Positions 17,804 through 27,588 of a DNA stretch of 64,000 bases are shown here, in pieces. The notes under the pieces were generated by a model. The model was not told where the DNA came from and searched no databases. It saw only the letters and a list, made by a program, of their open reading frames with translations. This DNA is from Acidobacteriota bacterium (lineage in GTDB: Bacteria > Acidobacteriota > Aminicenantia > UBA2199), in NCBI GenBank assembly GCA_022711715.1, contig JAKLEC010000001.1, forward strand, positions 33,500 through 97,499, written 5' to 3'. The first letter of the stretch is position 1; each line of letters begins with the position of its first letter. The position numbers and the translations under genes are program-made.

Positions 17804-18778
17804 ATGTCCAAGGAGGTCAAGGGGATCCAGCTCTCCCAAGTACGCGCCCTGGCGCCGCTGAAGATCGTGCGCGTCTTCAACGAGAGGGGCCTGGCCAACC
17901 TGGTCAGCCACCCGCGGCCGCAGCGGCCGGGGCTGGGCCTGACCGGCTACCTCAAGCACATCCATGCCGGCCGCATCCAAATCTTCGGCAAGACCGAGGC
18001 CGGCTACCTGGCCAGCCTGAAGGGCGAAGAGCGCGGCCGCTGCCTGCGCAACTACTTCGCCCTCAAGCTGCCGGGGGTGATCGTCGCCGAGAGCATCGAG
18101 CCCGAGGCCGACTGGATCGCCGCCGCCGCCCGCCACAATACGCCGCTGCTGGTGTCGGAGCTGCACACGGCGCCCCTCATCTCGCGCCTCAACGCCTACC
18201 TCTACCAGTACTTCTCCAAGACCATCAAGCTGAACGGCGTGCTGATGGACATCATGGGCCAGGGGGTGCTGATCACCGGCGCCTCGGGCATCGGCAAGAG
18301 CGAGACCGCCCTGGAGCTGGTCAACAAGGGCTACCAGCTGATCGCCGACGACGTCGCCGAGTTCTACATCGACTCCAACGACGAGCTGGTCGGCCGCGCC
18401 AACGAGGTCATCAAGAACCTGATGGAGGTGCGCGGCCTGGGCATCATCAACGTCAACGACATCTTCGGCGCCTCGGCCGTGCTCGACGAGAAGAGGCTCA
18501 ACCTGGTCATCAACCTGGAGAAGTGGGACCCCAAGAAGAAATACGATCGCCTGGGCGAGGACAACCTCTACTTCAAGATCCTCGGCCTGGAGGTGCCGCT
18601 GATCAACCTGCCGGTGGGGCCGGGCCGCAACCTGTCGACCATCATCGAGGTGGCGCTGCGCAATTTCCTGGCCAAGAAGGCCGGCCGCCTGACCTACCTG
18701 GAATCGCGCGGCCCCGCCGCGCCGCCGGCGCCGCCGGGCGCGCCCGAAGAGCCGCACACGGGGGGCGGCGAGCCATGA
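17804..18778 (+). CDS. hprK: HPr kinase/phosphorylase
   Basis: GASGIGKSETALEL P-loop, C-terminal kinase domain. Confidence 0.9.
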   Translation: MSKEVKGIQLSQVRALAPLKIVRVFNERGLANLVSHPRPQRPGLGLTGYLKHIHAGRIQIFGKTEAGYLASLKGEERGRCLRNYFALKLPGVIVAESIEPEADWIAAAARHNTPLLVSELHTAPLISRLNAYLYQYFSKTIKLNGVLMDIMGQGVLITGASGIGKSETALELVNKGYQLIADDVAEFYIDSNDELVGRANEVIKNLMEVRGLGIINVNDIFGASAVLDEKRLNLVINLEKWDPKKKYDRLGEDNLYFKILGLEVPLINLPVGPGRNLSTIIEVALRNFLAKKAGRLTYLESRGPAAPPAPPGAPEEPHTGGGEP

Positions 18779-19176
18779 TCAAGAGCGTCATCATCACCCA
18801 CGGCAGCCTGGGCCGCGAGCTGGTGCAGGTGGCCGAGAAGATCCTGGAGCAGAAGCTGGACGTCGAGATCATCGCCTTTGACTGGCAGGGCGACGGCAGC
18901 GGCATGATCCGCCAGCTGGAGGCGTTCATCGCCCGCCAGGGCGGCCACAAGGTCGTCATCTTCACCGACATGTTCGGCGGCTCGCCCTCGAACGTGTCCA
19001 CGCGCTTCATCGGGCCGAATGTCGAGGTGATCTCGGGCATCAACCTGCCGGGGCTGCTGAAGTTCTTCTGCTGCGGCGAGCCCGACGGCGCCTTCCGCCA
19101 GGTGGTCAAGAAGGTGGAGCAGGAAGCCAAGAACGGGATCAACATCATCAGCGAATACCTAGGAGAAAAAAAATGA
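18775..19176 (+). CDS. PTS EIIA component, mannose/fructose/sorbose family
   Basis: MIKSVIITHGSLGREL with phosphorylatable His in THG. ATGA overlap with hprK stop. Confidence 0.8.
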   Translation: MIKSVIITHGSLGRELVQVAEKILEQKLDVEIIAFDWQGDGSGMIRQLEAFIARQGGHKVVIFTDMFGGSPSNVSTRFIGPNVEVISGINLPGLLKFFCCGEPDGAFRQVVKKVEQEAKNGINIISEYLGEKK

Positions 19177-19442
19177 TCGAGAAGAAGCAGCAGATATTCA
19201 ACAAGCTGGGGCTGCACGCCCGGGCCGCCGCCAAGCTGTCCCACCTGGCCAACATGTTCAGCGCCGACATCTATCTCATCTTCAACGAGGACAAGGTCAA
19301 CGCCAAGAGCCTGCTGGGCATCCTCACCCTGGCCGCCTCGGTGGGCAACGAGATCACCCTGCAGGCCGCCGGCGCCGACGAGAAGGAGGCCATCCAGGCC
19401 ATCGGCGACCTGTTCGACCGCAAGTTCGACGAAGAGATCTGA
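19173..19442 (+). CDS. ptsH: Phosphocarrier protein HPr
   Basis: GLHARAA His15 motif, 89 aa. Ser46 region KSLLGIL. Confidence 0.9.
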   Translation: MIEKKQQIFNKLGLHARAAAKLSHLANMFSADIYLIFNEDKVNAKSLLGILTLAASVGNEITLQAAGADEKEAIQAIGDLFDRKFDEEI

Positions 19443-21205
19443 TGCGGCGCATCTCCGGCAAGGCGGTCTCCCCCGGCATCGCCATGGGGCGCGCCGTGCT
19501 GCACAACGTCACCCGCCAGGAGATCCTGGCCGAGCCCATCCCCCCGCGGGCGGTGGAGCGCGAGACCTGGCGCCTGGAGAACGCCGTCAAGAAGTCGCGC
19601 GCCCAGCTCAAGAAGATCCACCTCGGGCTGCAGAAGGTCATGGGCAAGGACGCCGCCTTCATCATCGAGGCCCAGCAGATGCTGCTCACCGACAGCCAGC
19701 TGCTCAACGAGATCAAGGGGGCGATCTCCGGCAAGCTGGTGAAGGCCGAGTGGGCCATCCGCCTGGTCGAGCGCCGCTACCAGGAGCTTTTCCGCTCCAT
19801 CCCCGACCTCTCCTTCAAGTCCAAGAGCAACGACGTCTCCGACGTGCTCAACCGCCTGATCGCCAACCTGCGCAAGGCCCCAGCGACGAAGCCGGCCGCC
19901 GGCGCCGCGCCCGGCGCCGCCCCCGGGCAGTACGTGCTGGTGGCCGACGACATCAGCCCGTCCGAGGCGGCCACGCTGATGAGCAGCCACCGCCTGCTGG
20001 GCCTGGTGCTGAACAAGGGCGGCGAGACCTCGCACACGGCCATCCTGGCCCGCACGCTCGGCATCCCCGCCATCCTGGACACGGGGAACGCCACCGAGCT
20101 CATCGCCGACGGCGACACCGTGGCCCTGGACTCGGTCGCCGGCGAGGTCATCGTCCAGCCCACTCCCGACGCCGCCCTGGAGATCGGGCGCAAGATCGAA
20201 CAGTTCGGCCAGTACCGCGAGCAGCTGAAGGCCCTCAGCCAGCTGCCGGAGCTGACCCGCGACCGCCGCCCCTTCCACCTCTACGCCAACATCGAGCTGC
20301 CCTTCGAGAGCGAAGTGGTGCAGTCGTTCGGCGCCAAGGGCATCGGCCTGTTCCGCACCGAGTTCCTCTACCTCGACTCCAAGATGAGCATCTCCGAGGA
20401 GGAGCAGTGCCTCATCTACAAGAAGATCGCCCAGAACGTCTACCCGCACCCGCTGGTCATCCGCACCTATGACCTCGGCCGCGACAAATCGGACCCGGCG
20501 CGGCCGCGGCGCGAGGACAACCCCTCGCTGGGCCTGATGGCCGTGCGCCTGTTCCTCAAGGAGCGCGAGCCCTTCAAGGTGCAGATCAAGGCCGTGCTGC
20601 GCGCCAATGCCAGCGGCAACATCCGCATCCTCTTTCCCATGGTCACCGAGATCGAGGAGGTGCGCGCCATCCGCGAGATCATGGCCGAGGCCCGGCGCGA
20701 ATTGCAGCGCACCGGCTCGCTGCCCAAGAAGGACGTCAAGGTGGGCATCATGCTGGAGATCCCCGCCGCCGTGCGCCTGATCCGCCACCTGGGCGACGAC
20801 GTCGACTTCTACTCGGTGGGCAGCAACGACCTGATCCAGTACCTGCTGGCCGTCGACCGCAACAACGCCGACGTCGCCCACCTCTACAGCCCCTTCCACC
20901 CGGCCTTCATCCACGTCCTGAAGGAGATCCGCCGGGAGGTGGACCGCGCCGGCAAGGAGGTGACCGTCTGCGGCGAGATGGCCGGCCAGCGCCTGCCGGC
21001 GCTGATGCTGCTGGGGCTGGGCTTCACCGGCTTCTCGATGAACGCGCTGGCGATCGCCGAGATCAAGCGCGTCTTCACCCGCGTCGACCTCGCCCGCCTG
21101 CGGCGCATCGTCTCCCGGCTGGACCGCTTCGGCTCGCGCTCCGAGATCGAGGAGCACCTCAGGACGGAGATCGACAGGGCGTATCCAGGGCTGTTGCAGG
21201 GCTGA
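19442..21205 (+). CDS. ptsI: Phosphoenolpyruvate-protein phosphotransferase (Enzyme I)
   Basis: GGETSHTAILAR phospho-His motif. PEP-utilising TIM barrel with CGEMAG. Confidence 0.95.
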   Translation: MRRISGKAVSPGIAMGRAVLHNVTRQEILAEPIPPRAVERETWRLENAVKKSRAQLKKIHLGLQKVMGKDAAFIIEAQQMLLTDSQLLNEIKGAISGKLVKAEWAIRLVERRYQELFRSIPDLSFKSKSNDVSDVLNRLIANLRKAPATKPAAGAAPGAAPGQYVLVADDISPSEAATLMSSHRLLGLVLNKGGETSHTAILARTLGIPAILDTGNATELIADGDTVALDSVAGEVIVQPTPDAALEIGRKIEQFGQYREQLKALSQLPELTRDRRPFHLYANIELPFESEVVQSFGAKGIGLFRTEFLYLDSKMSISEEEQCLIYKKIAQNVYPHPLVIRTYDLGRDKSDPARPRREDNPSLGLMAVRLFLKEREPFKVQIKAVLRANASGNIRILFPMVTEIEEVRAIREIMAEARRELQRTGSLPKKDVKVGIMLEIPAAVRLIRHLGDDVDFYSVGSNDLIQYLLAVDRNNADVAHLYSPFHPAFIHVLKEIRREVDRAGKEVTVCGEMAGQRLPALMLLGLGFTGFSMNALAIAEIKRVFTRVDLARLRRIVSRLDRFGSRSEIEEHLRTEIDRAYPGLLQG

Positions 21206-21209
21206 CGAA

Positions 21210-21560
21210 ACTCGGCGGACGACTAGGACAATCGCTTCCAGATGCTATAAGGTTCGACGTCCGAGGTTCGACGCTGCCGGCCCCGTCAGGGGCGGCGTCC
21301 CCGAGGAGCGATAGCTCCGAGTGGGATAAGACGTAACGAAGGCCAATTCGCTTGAGTGCTTAAGATTTCTAGTTAGTGGCTGATCGTTCTTGCTGACACT
21401 TTCACTGACACTGACACTTAGTCTTTGCTGTTGCTAACACAAACACGAACACGAACACGTAGCGCCAGGCAATCCCCTTCTTGCTGACACTGACACTGTC
21501 ACTGACACTGATATGTGGTCGCTGCTGTTTCTCGTCACTCGTCACTTGTCACTTGTTACT
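21210..21560. repeat. Composite repeat cluster: ~150-bp GC-rich hairpin element (family A, + orientation) followed by CTGACAC/AACACG/CACTYGT microsatellite modules
   Basis: 21245-21395 matches 46772-46915 at ~90%. Reverse-complement copies at 32850-32995 and 41250-41395. Confidence 0.85.
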
Positions 21561-21571
21561 GCAAACTCGGC

Positions 21572-22291
21572 TTAGTCCACATGCCGCAGGTACACGCTCC
21601 TGACCTGCTCCATCAGCTCGCGGACGGTCTCGCGGCGGAAGCCCTGCGTGGGCACCGGCTTCTCGATGACGAACTCGACGCGGCCGGGCCGGAGCAGCAG
21701 GCTGCCGCGGCGGTTGATGGCGTACGCCCCCTTCTGCACCAGGGGCAGGATGTCCAGCCCGGTCTCCAGGGCCAGCAGGAACCCTCCCTTCTTGAACGGG
21801 CCCAGCCCGCCGTCGCGGGTGCGCGTTCCTTCGGGCAGGACCATGAAGGAGAAATCCCTCCGTGAGCGGATCAGGTCCGCGGCGCGGCGCAGCGATTCCA
21901 TGGCCCTGATGCCGCTCCTGCGGCTGACCGGGACCTGACCCATGCGCCGGATTACCCAGCCGTAGACCGGCCAGCCGAAATGGCTCTCCTCCTCGATGCC
22001 CCGCGCCCAGCCCGGGAAAGCGGAATAGAAGACGAAGGCATCCAGGATGTTGACGTGATTCAGCATCAGCAGGTACTGGCGTCCGGGAACGATATTTTCC
22101 CTTCCCGAGACGGTGATGCGGATCCCGCACAGCCGCACCAGGGAGCGGCACAGCCCCTTCAGCCAGGACTCGAAAACGCCGCCGGTGCGGAATATCCCGA
22201 TCAGCAGCAGGCTGAACCCGCCGAGGGAGAACCAGATCCAGCCAACTCCCCAGATGACGAGCGAACGGGCGATGGCGGCGGCCTTGCTCAT
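21572..22291 (-). CDS. plsC: 1-acyl-sn-glycerol-3-phosphate acyltransferase (lysophospholipid acyltransferase family)
   Basis: NHVNILD (HX4D) and VLPEGTRTRDG motifs. Confidence 0.8.
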   Translation of the reverse strand: MSKAAAIARSLVIWGVGWIWFSLGGFSLLLIGIFRTGGVFESWLKGLCRSLVRLCGIRITVSGRENIVPGRQYLLMLNHVNILDAFVFYSAFPGWARGIEEESHFGWPVYGWVIRRMGQVPVSRRSGIRAMESLRRAADLIRSRRDFSFMVLPEGTRTRDGGLGPFKKGGFLLALETGLDILPLVQKGAYAINRRGSLLLRPGRVEFVIEKPVPTQGFRRETVRELMEQVRSVYLRHVD

Positions 22292-23202
22292 GCCAGCACC
22301 GTGAGGGCGCCCGGCAGCACCCGCAGCCGAAGCGGCGTCCGCCCCAGCAGCTCGCCGTCGGCCATGAGCCGCTGCGGCGGATCGGCCGTGACCGCCATCC
22401 CGGCCAAGGGGCGGCTCCAGACCCGGGGATGCATCAGGTGGCCGCCGGAGAAGATCCGGGCGAAGATGGCCAGCATGTCGCGGCGGCTCGCGCCCTGGAA
22501 GGCGACCAGGTCGGCGCGGCCGTCGCCGGAGTCGGCCATGGGAGCGATCTTCATGGCCCCGCCGGTGAACTTGGAATTCGAGACGACCAGGGCGGAATCG
22601 GCGATCTCCAGTTCCTCCCCGTCCAGGGTCAGCCGCAGGCGGTTGCGCACGCCGCGAATCAGGCGCAGCATCACGGCCAGGCTGTAGCCGGCGGCGCCGA
22701 GCCCCTTCAGCCTCTCGTTGGTCAGCTTCAGGATGTCGGCGATCAGCCCGACGCCCAGGATGTTGAGGAAATGTCGCCGGGCCTCCCGGCCGTTGTCGTC
22801 ATAGGCGGCCTCGACCACGTCGACGGGGCGGCGGCGGCCGGCCAGGATGGCGGAGACGGCCGCGCCCCAGCCCCGCAGCGAGAAATCGCGCAGAAAGGAG
22901 TTGCCGGTGCCGGCGGGCACCAGTCCCAGCTCGAAGCCGGGAGCCGGCGCTCCGGCGGCGAACATGCCGCTGACGACCTCGAAGGGGGTGCCGTCGCCGC
23001 CCAAGCAGACCACCCTCCCGTAGCCCTCGGCCAGCGCCTCGCGGCCGAAGTCCAGCGCCTGGCCGGGCCGCGCGGAGACCCGCAGCGCCAGCCCGGGGAA
23101 GCGCGGCTCCAGCCGGGCGCGCACGGCCGGTAGGATGCGCGCGCCGCGGCCCTTGCCGGCATGGGGATTCACCACGAGCATGGTTTTCGGGTCGGGGGCC
23201 AT
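22288..23202 (-). CDS. Diacylglycerol-kinase-catalytic-domain lipid kinase (YegS/DagK family)
   Basis: Start at MAPDPKTMLVVNPHAGKG (23202). GGDGT motif. The upstream 58 track codons are translated repeat (VSRHASRVT, PYAVRRMPYA). Confidence 0.75.
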   Translation of the reverse strand: MAPDPKTMLVVNPHAGKGRGARILPAVRARLEPRFPGLALRVSARPGQALDFGREALAEGYGRVVCLGGDGTPFEVVSGMFAAGAPAPGFELGLVPAGTGNSFLRDFSLRGWGAAVSAILAGRRRPVDVVEAAYDDNGREARRHFLNILGVGLIADILKLTNERLKGLGAAGYSLAVMLRLIRGVRNRLRLTLDGEELEIADSALVVSNSKFTGGAMKIAPMADSGDGRADLVAFQGASRRDMLAIFARIFSGGHLMHPRVWSRPLAGMAVTADPPQRLMADGELLGRTPLRLRVLPGALTVLA

Positions 23203-23214
23203 GAAGGGCTTATA

Positions 23215-23430
23215 GCACAGGCAGGGCGTGCTGGCAAATGAAACGAGCTTGCTGAACTTGGCGTACGGCATACGGCGCACGGCGTACGGCAGGAAACTTC
23301 CCGAGCTTTCGTGACGCTCCTGAAGATCCCCGATGGGGGGGGTAACGCGTGACGCGTGACGAGAAACCGCGACCAAATCGATCTATCGTGATTCGTAATT
23401 CGTGATTCGTGATTCGGAACAGCAATAGGT
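23215..23430. repeat. Composite repeat cluster (CGTACGCCGTATGCCG, (TGACGCG)n, (ATTCGTG)n modules)
   Basis: Module sharing with 10745-10810, 12541-12625, 40500-40850. Confidence 0.75.
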
Positions 23431-23474
23431 CGGCTCATGCAATTGCCGTGCGCCGGGAGGCACAAAGGTGTAAA

Positions 23475-23831
23475 ATGCAAGAATTCGACCAAGGTGCCAT
23501 GCCAGGCCGACGGTTTACCGTCATTATGAATGGCGAACAGGAGGTCATCATGGAAGAAAAAGAATGCCTGAGCACCGTTCGGCGCCTGCGCACGTATCTG
23601 GGAGTTTTCTATCTCGTCATGCTGTGGGGCGTTTTTGCCCATATCATGGTCGAGGTCAACATCCATCGCCACTTCAAAATCCCCATCCACAGCTTTTTCA
23701 AGGACATCTGGCCGGCCCTCGGGCCGTTCCCCAAGCTCTATATCGTTCTGGTGCTCTACATCACGTTGCACATGGCCGTCGTGGCGGGGTGGACGTTCCT
23801 CCGGCGCCTGCGCGGCCGGGCCGTTTCCTGA
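23475..23831 (+). CDS. Hypothetical small membrane protein
   Basis: Two predicted TM helices. Start ambiguous (Met at 23475/23499/23526). No family recognised. Confidence 0.35.
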   Translation: MQEFDQGAMPGRRFTVIMNGEQEVIMEEKECLSTVRRLRTYLGVFYLVMLWGVFAHIMVEVNIHRHFKIPIHSFFKDIWPALGPFPKLYIVLVLYITLHMAVVAGWTFLRRLRGRAVS

Positions 23832-23840
23832 CCAGGGCCC

Positions 23841-24833
23841 ATGGGAGGTACGGCCTGCTTCTGGCTGGAGCAGGCAGCGGCCTGCGTCCTGATCGGCGCC
23901 ACGCTGCTCGTCTCCTTCCGGCTCCACGCCCTCTACCGGCGGGCCTATCTGCGCGACTGGTTCTTTTTCGTCCTGACCCTTGACCTGGTCCTCTACATCC
24001 TCCACCTGCTGCAGCAGACCGCCCCCGCGCCGATCCCAGGGCAGGCGCATGCCCGGTTGCTCTTCACCGCCCTGCTGGTGCGGCCACTGGCCTGGATCGG
24101 CCTGGCCCTTTTCGCGCGCTTCGTCCTGAGCCTGCTGGGGTCGAAGGCGGCCCCCTGGATGAAAGCGACGGCTTTCCTGTATCTCGGGCTGCAGGCGCTG
24201 GCCGTGATCACAACGCTGCTGCTGAGCGCCGATCCCTGGCCCGTACTGGGTACGATCTCCGACATGCTGGTCATGGCGGGCCTGTATGCCATGACCGCCC
24301 TCGTCCTTTGGCGCACCAACCGCGGCGAGAGGGAGGAACTGCGCCCGGCGCTGCGCAGCCTGGCGGCGGTCTTCTTTTTCTCGCAGACGGTGTTCTTCTT
24401 CTTCCCGTTCGAGCGCTGGCGATCCCTGGCCGGCATGGCGCTGCTGCTGCTGCCGATCCTCGCCCTTTGGCGCAGCCAGCACCGCCTCTTCCGCGGCGGC
24501 ATGCCCGCCGTGGCCCAGGCCGGGGCGGTCGAGACCTTCTTCGATCGCAGGGGGGTCACCGCTCGCGAGCGCGAGATTGCCTGGCTGATCAGCGCCGGCC
24601 GCGACAACCTGGCCATTTCCGACGAGCTGTTCATCTCCTTGGCGACGGTGAAGCACCACGTCACCAGCCTGTATCGCAAGCTGGAGGTAAAGAACCGGGT
24701 GCAGCTCAACAATCTCATCCAGCAGCTTGGGGGAAGGCCGGGGGATGGCAAATCGCCGGGAGCAGGATCCCGGGAACAGGGAGTTGCCGGCAGGATCCTG
24801 CCGGGAAACGGCGGAAGCCCTGATAGAATATGA
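23841..24833 (+). CDS. Polytopic membrane protein with C-terminal LuxR/GerE-type HTH
   Basis: ~7 TM segments, then REREIAWLISAGRDNLAISDELFISLATVKHHVTSLYRKLEV (LuxR_C HTH). Confidence 0.7.
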   Translation: MGGTACFWLEQAAACVLIGATLLVSFRLHALYRRAYLRDWFFFVLTLDLVLYILHLLQQTAPAPIPGQAHARLLFTALLVRPLAWIGLALFARFVLSLLGSKAAPWMKATAFLYLGLQALAVITTLLLSADPWPVLGTISDMLVMAGLYAMTALVLWRTNRGEREELRPALRSLAAVFFFSQTVFFFFPFERWRSLAGMALLLLPILALWRSQHRLFRGGMPAVAQAGAVETFFDRRGVTAREREIAWLISAGRDNLAISDELFISLATVKHHVTSLYRKLEVKNRVQLNNLIQQLGGRPGDGKSPGAGSREQGVAGRILPGNGGSPDRI

Positions 24834-24856
24834 GCCGCAAGGAGAGGAGGCCGCCC

Positions 24857-26209
24857 ATGAGCATGATCCTCCTCTGTCTCCCGACCGCCCTGTTCATCCT
24901 GGGCGCCGGAGCTTGTGGAAAAGGGGAACAAAGGATCGAGCATTACACGAATGGCGGCAGGAAGCTGGTGCAAGCGCTCAGGCAGGGCAAGCCGCACGGG
25001 AAGACCGTCGGCTATTTCCTGAACGGCAAAAAGGCCTTCGTGCAGGAATTCCGCATGGGCAAGCCGCACGGGAAGCTGCGGCAATGGTACGAAGACGGCA
25101 GCATTGCCGGCGAATCGCAATTCGCCGATGGCCTTCCCGCCGGAGCCATCACCCGCTATTTCAAGAACGGGAAAAAAAGCATGGAAGGCCGGTATGGCAG
25201 CGGGAAGCGCCACGGACCATGGGTCGACTACCATGAAGATGGCCGGAAAAAATGCGCCCGGGAATACAGGGAAGGGCGATTGCATGGAGCGTTGTACGAG
25301 TGGGACGCCCAGGGAAACTTGACGAAGGGCGAGTTCTATCAGGATGGCTACTTTGAAAGGCCGAGGGTCGCGGGCGGCTACATGGGGCAGAGGGAGCCGG
25401 GAATGCGGCCGGAGGTATTCGCCCCCGGGATCGTGAGCACCGACGAACGACACGAATTCGGCTGCACCTTCTCCCCCGACGGACGCGAGTTCTATTTCAC
25501 CCGGATCGAGGGCGACTCGTTCGATGACAGGAAGACGATCTACTGCATGAAGCAGGAGGACGGCGGCGGCCGCTGGACGGCCCCGTGGCCGGCGCCTTTC
25601 TCCGGCGAATTCGATGACATAGAACCCATGTTCGCCCCGGACGGCAAGCGGCTTTTCTTCGGCAGCGATCGTCCCCTGGACGGCCGGGGCGGGGAAAAGG
25701 ACACCGACATCTGGTTCGTGGAACGCACGGGCGCCGGTTGGTCCGCGCCCCGGAATGCCGGGAACGCCGTCAACACGGCCAACCGCGAGTTCCATGCGAG
25801 CGCCACCCGGGAAGGATCGCTGTACTTCGCCGGGATGGAACGGGACACCGGCGACATTTACCGTTGCCGTTCCCGGGCGGGAGAGTACTTCCCGCGCGAG
25901 CGGCTGTCCCGGGTCATCAACAGCGACTTCCAGGAAACGCATCCTTTCGTCGCGCCCGACGAGAGTTACCTCCTTTTCGAGTCGGACTCCGGGCCGGATG
26001 ACCGGGGCTTGCGCGGGCTCTTCGTCAGTTTTCGAACCCACTCCGGCGACTGGGGCCGCCCGCGCCACATGGGAAAAGAGATCAACGGCGACAGCCGAGC
26101 CGGATTTCCCATGGTGAGCCCGGACGGCAGGTTCCTGTTCTTCGCCAGGGACGGCGACATCTACTGGGTCAGCAGCAAAGTATTGGAACTCATGCGAAAG
26201 GGCGATTGA
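24857..26209 (+). CDS. Lipoprotein with N-terminal MORN-variant (YwqK-like) repeats and C-terminal WD40-like/TolB-type beta-propeller repeats
   Basis: Start MSMILLCLPTALFILGAGAC (lipobox). Repeated GKxHGxxxxYxxNG motifs. PD40-like FSPDGREFYF, FAPDGKRLFF, VSPDGRFLFF. Confidence 0.65.
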   Translation: MSMILLCLPTALFILGAGACGKGEQRIEHYTNGGRKLVQALRQGKPHGKTVGYFLNGKKAFVQEFRMGKPHGKLRQWYEDGSIAGESQFADGLPAGAITRYFKNGKKSMEGRYGSGKRHGPWVDYHEDGRKKCAREYREGRLHGALYEWDAQGNLTKGEFYQDGYFERPRVAGGYMGQREPGMRPEVFAPGIVSTDERHEFGCTFSPDGREFYFTRIEGDSFDDRKTIYCMKQEDGGGRWTAPWPAPFSGEFDDIEPMFAPDGKRLFFGSDRPLDGRGGEKDTDIWFVERTGAGWSAPRNAGNAVNTANREFHASATREGSLYFAGMERDTGDIYRCRSRAGEYFPRERLSRVINSDFQETHPFVAPDESYLLFESDSGPDDRGLRGLFVSFRTHSGDWGRPRHMGKEINGDSRAGFPMVSPDGRFLFFARDGDIYWVSSKVLELMRKGD

Positions 26210-26422
26210 TCCCATCGCCGGGCAACCGAACCGTCCAGCCAGTGCCGTTCTGCTGCTTCTACCTTCGGAGTAAAGAGGAACGCCGCGCCATGGGGGCCGC
26301 GGCGTCCCAGGGAGGAGGAGAAACGATCACACTTCAGTCAAAAGTCAGGGCATTAAGCGCCGGGCCGAGTCCGGCGTTTGCCTTCACCCTACGCCTTATA
26401 CCCTGCGCCTCGCGCCCAGTTC

Positions 26423-27133
26423 TCACTTCTTCTTGATCGTACTGAGCACCTTCTCCTTGTCGATCTTCTTGGTGCAGAAGAACCAGTCGTGGCAGGTGAC
26501 GCCGGCTTCCTTGCCGTCCATCCTATCCTTGGCCACGCCGCAGGAGCCGGCGGTGGGCACGATGACGTCGTCGCCCGGGCGCCAGTCGGCCGGGGTGGCC
26601 ACGCCGAAGGCGTCGGCGGTCTGCAGCGCCTGCAGCACGCGCAGCAGCTCGTCAAAGTTGCGGCCCATGCTCAGCGGGTAGTAGATGATGGTGCGGATGA
26701 TCCCCTTGGGATCGATGAAGAAGACGGCGCGCACGGCCTTGGTCGAGCTCTCGCCCGGCTGCATCATGCCGTACGCCTTGGCCACGTTCATGGTGATGTC
26801 CTCGATCAGCGGGAACTTCACCTCGACGTTCTTCATCCCCTTGTACTCGATCTTGTCCTTGATGGTGCGCAGCCAGGCGATGTGGCTGTACAGGCCGTCG
26901 ACCGAAAGGCCGACCAGCTGGCAGTTCAGCTCGGTGAACTTGGCCTCCATGGAGGCGAAGGTCATGAACTCCGAGGTGCACACCGGGGTGAAGTCGGCCG
27001 GGTGGCTGAACAGGATGACCCATTTCCCCGCGTACTGCTCGGGAAAGTTGATCTCGCCCTGAGTGGTGACGGCCTTGAACGACGGGGCCTTGTCGCCGAT
27101 GCGGGGCATGCTGACGGTTGCGTTCTGTTCCAT
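26423..27133 (-). CDS. 1-Cys peroxiredoxin (Prx6/AhpC-TSA family), copy B
   Basis: Start MEQNATVSMPRIGD (ATG 27133). FTPVCTSE motif. Paralog of 6619-7338. 5 bp downstream of the Fur-family gene. Confidence 0.85.
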   Translation of the reverse strand: MEQNATVSMPRIGDKAPSFKAVTTQGEINFPEQYAGKWVILFSHPADFTPVCTSEFMTFASMEAKFTELNCQLVGLSVDGLYSHIAWLRTIKDKIEYKGMKNVEVKFPLIEDITMNVAKAYGMMQPGESSTKAVRAVFFIDPKGIIRTIIYYPLSMGRNFDELLRVLQALQTADAFGVATPADWRPGDDVIVPTAGSCGVAKDRMDGKEAGVTCHDWFFCTKKIDKEKVLSTIKKK

Positions 27134-27138
27134 TTTGC

Positions 27139-27558
27139 TTATCTCCTTTTGCTTGAATTGGCTTGGCTCTCTGCGGCCAGGCAGGCGGAGCAGGTGCCGT
27201 AGAAGCGCACGGTATGGCCGCTGACGCGGTGCATCGAGAGGCGGCGCGCCGCTTCGGTGATCCTTTTGTCTGCGGGCATGTCCAGGTCGCTCACCGCGCC
27301 GCAGCGCTCGCACACGAAGTGGTAATGGCCGGCGGTGACGGCGTCGTAGCGCACGGTGCCGCTGCCGAACTCCCCCGCCTGCAGCCGCCCCTCCTCGAGG
27401 AGGATGGCGATGTTGCGGTAGACGTTGCCCAGGCTCAGCCGCGGCATTTCCGGCTTCAGGCCGTTGTACACTTCCTGCGCCGTCGGATGGCTTCTGGACG
27501 CACGTATCGCCTCATAAATCCGCTCACGCTGCGTGCTTTTTCTTCTGATCTGCTCCAT
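27139..27558 (-). CDS. Fur-family metalloregulator, PerR-like
   Basis: Start MEQIRRK (27558). HTH then HYHFVCERCG...CSAC metal-site Cys pairs. Position upstream of a peroxiredoxin suggests peroxide regulon. Confidence 0.75.
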   Translation of the reverse strand: MEQIRRKSTQRERIYEAIRASRSHPTAQEVYNGLKPEMPRLSLGNVYRNIAILLEEGRLQAGEFGSGTVRYDAVTAGHYHFVCERCGAVSDLDMPADKRITEAARRLSMHRVSGHTVRFYGTCSACLAAESQANSSKRR

Positions 27559-27574
27559 ATTAGTAATATTTCCT

Positions 27575-27588
27575 ATTATTAATATTAA
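27575..27588. promoter_or_regulatory. AT-rich palindromic operator-like site ATTATTAATATTAA (candidate Fur/PerR box overlapping promoter)
   Basis: Only strongly AT-rich palindrome in this GC-rich locus. 17-30 bp upstream of the regulator start. Confidence 0.3.

Noticed and set aside
21245-21300. tRNA or tRNA-derived gene in the GGTTCGACG-containing repeat
   Set aside because: GGTTCGA T-arm-like segments lack flanking complementary stems, and no acceptor/anticodon cloverleaf can be drawn. Present in both orientations as part of the family-A repeat.
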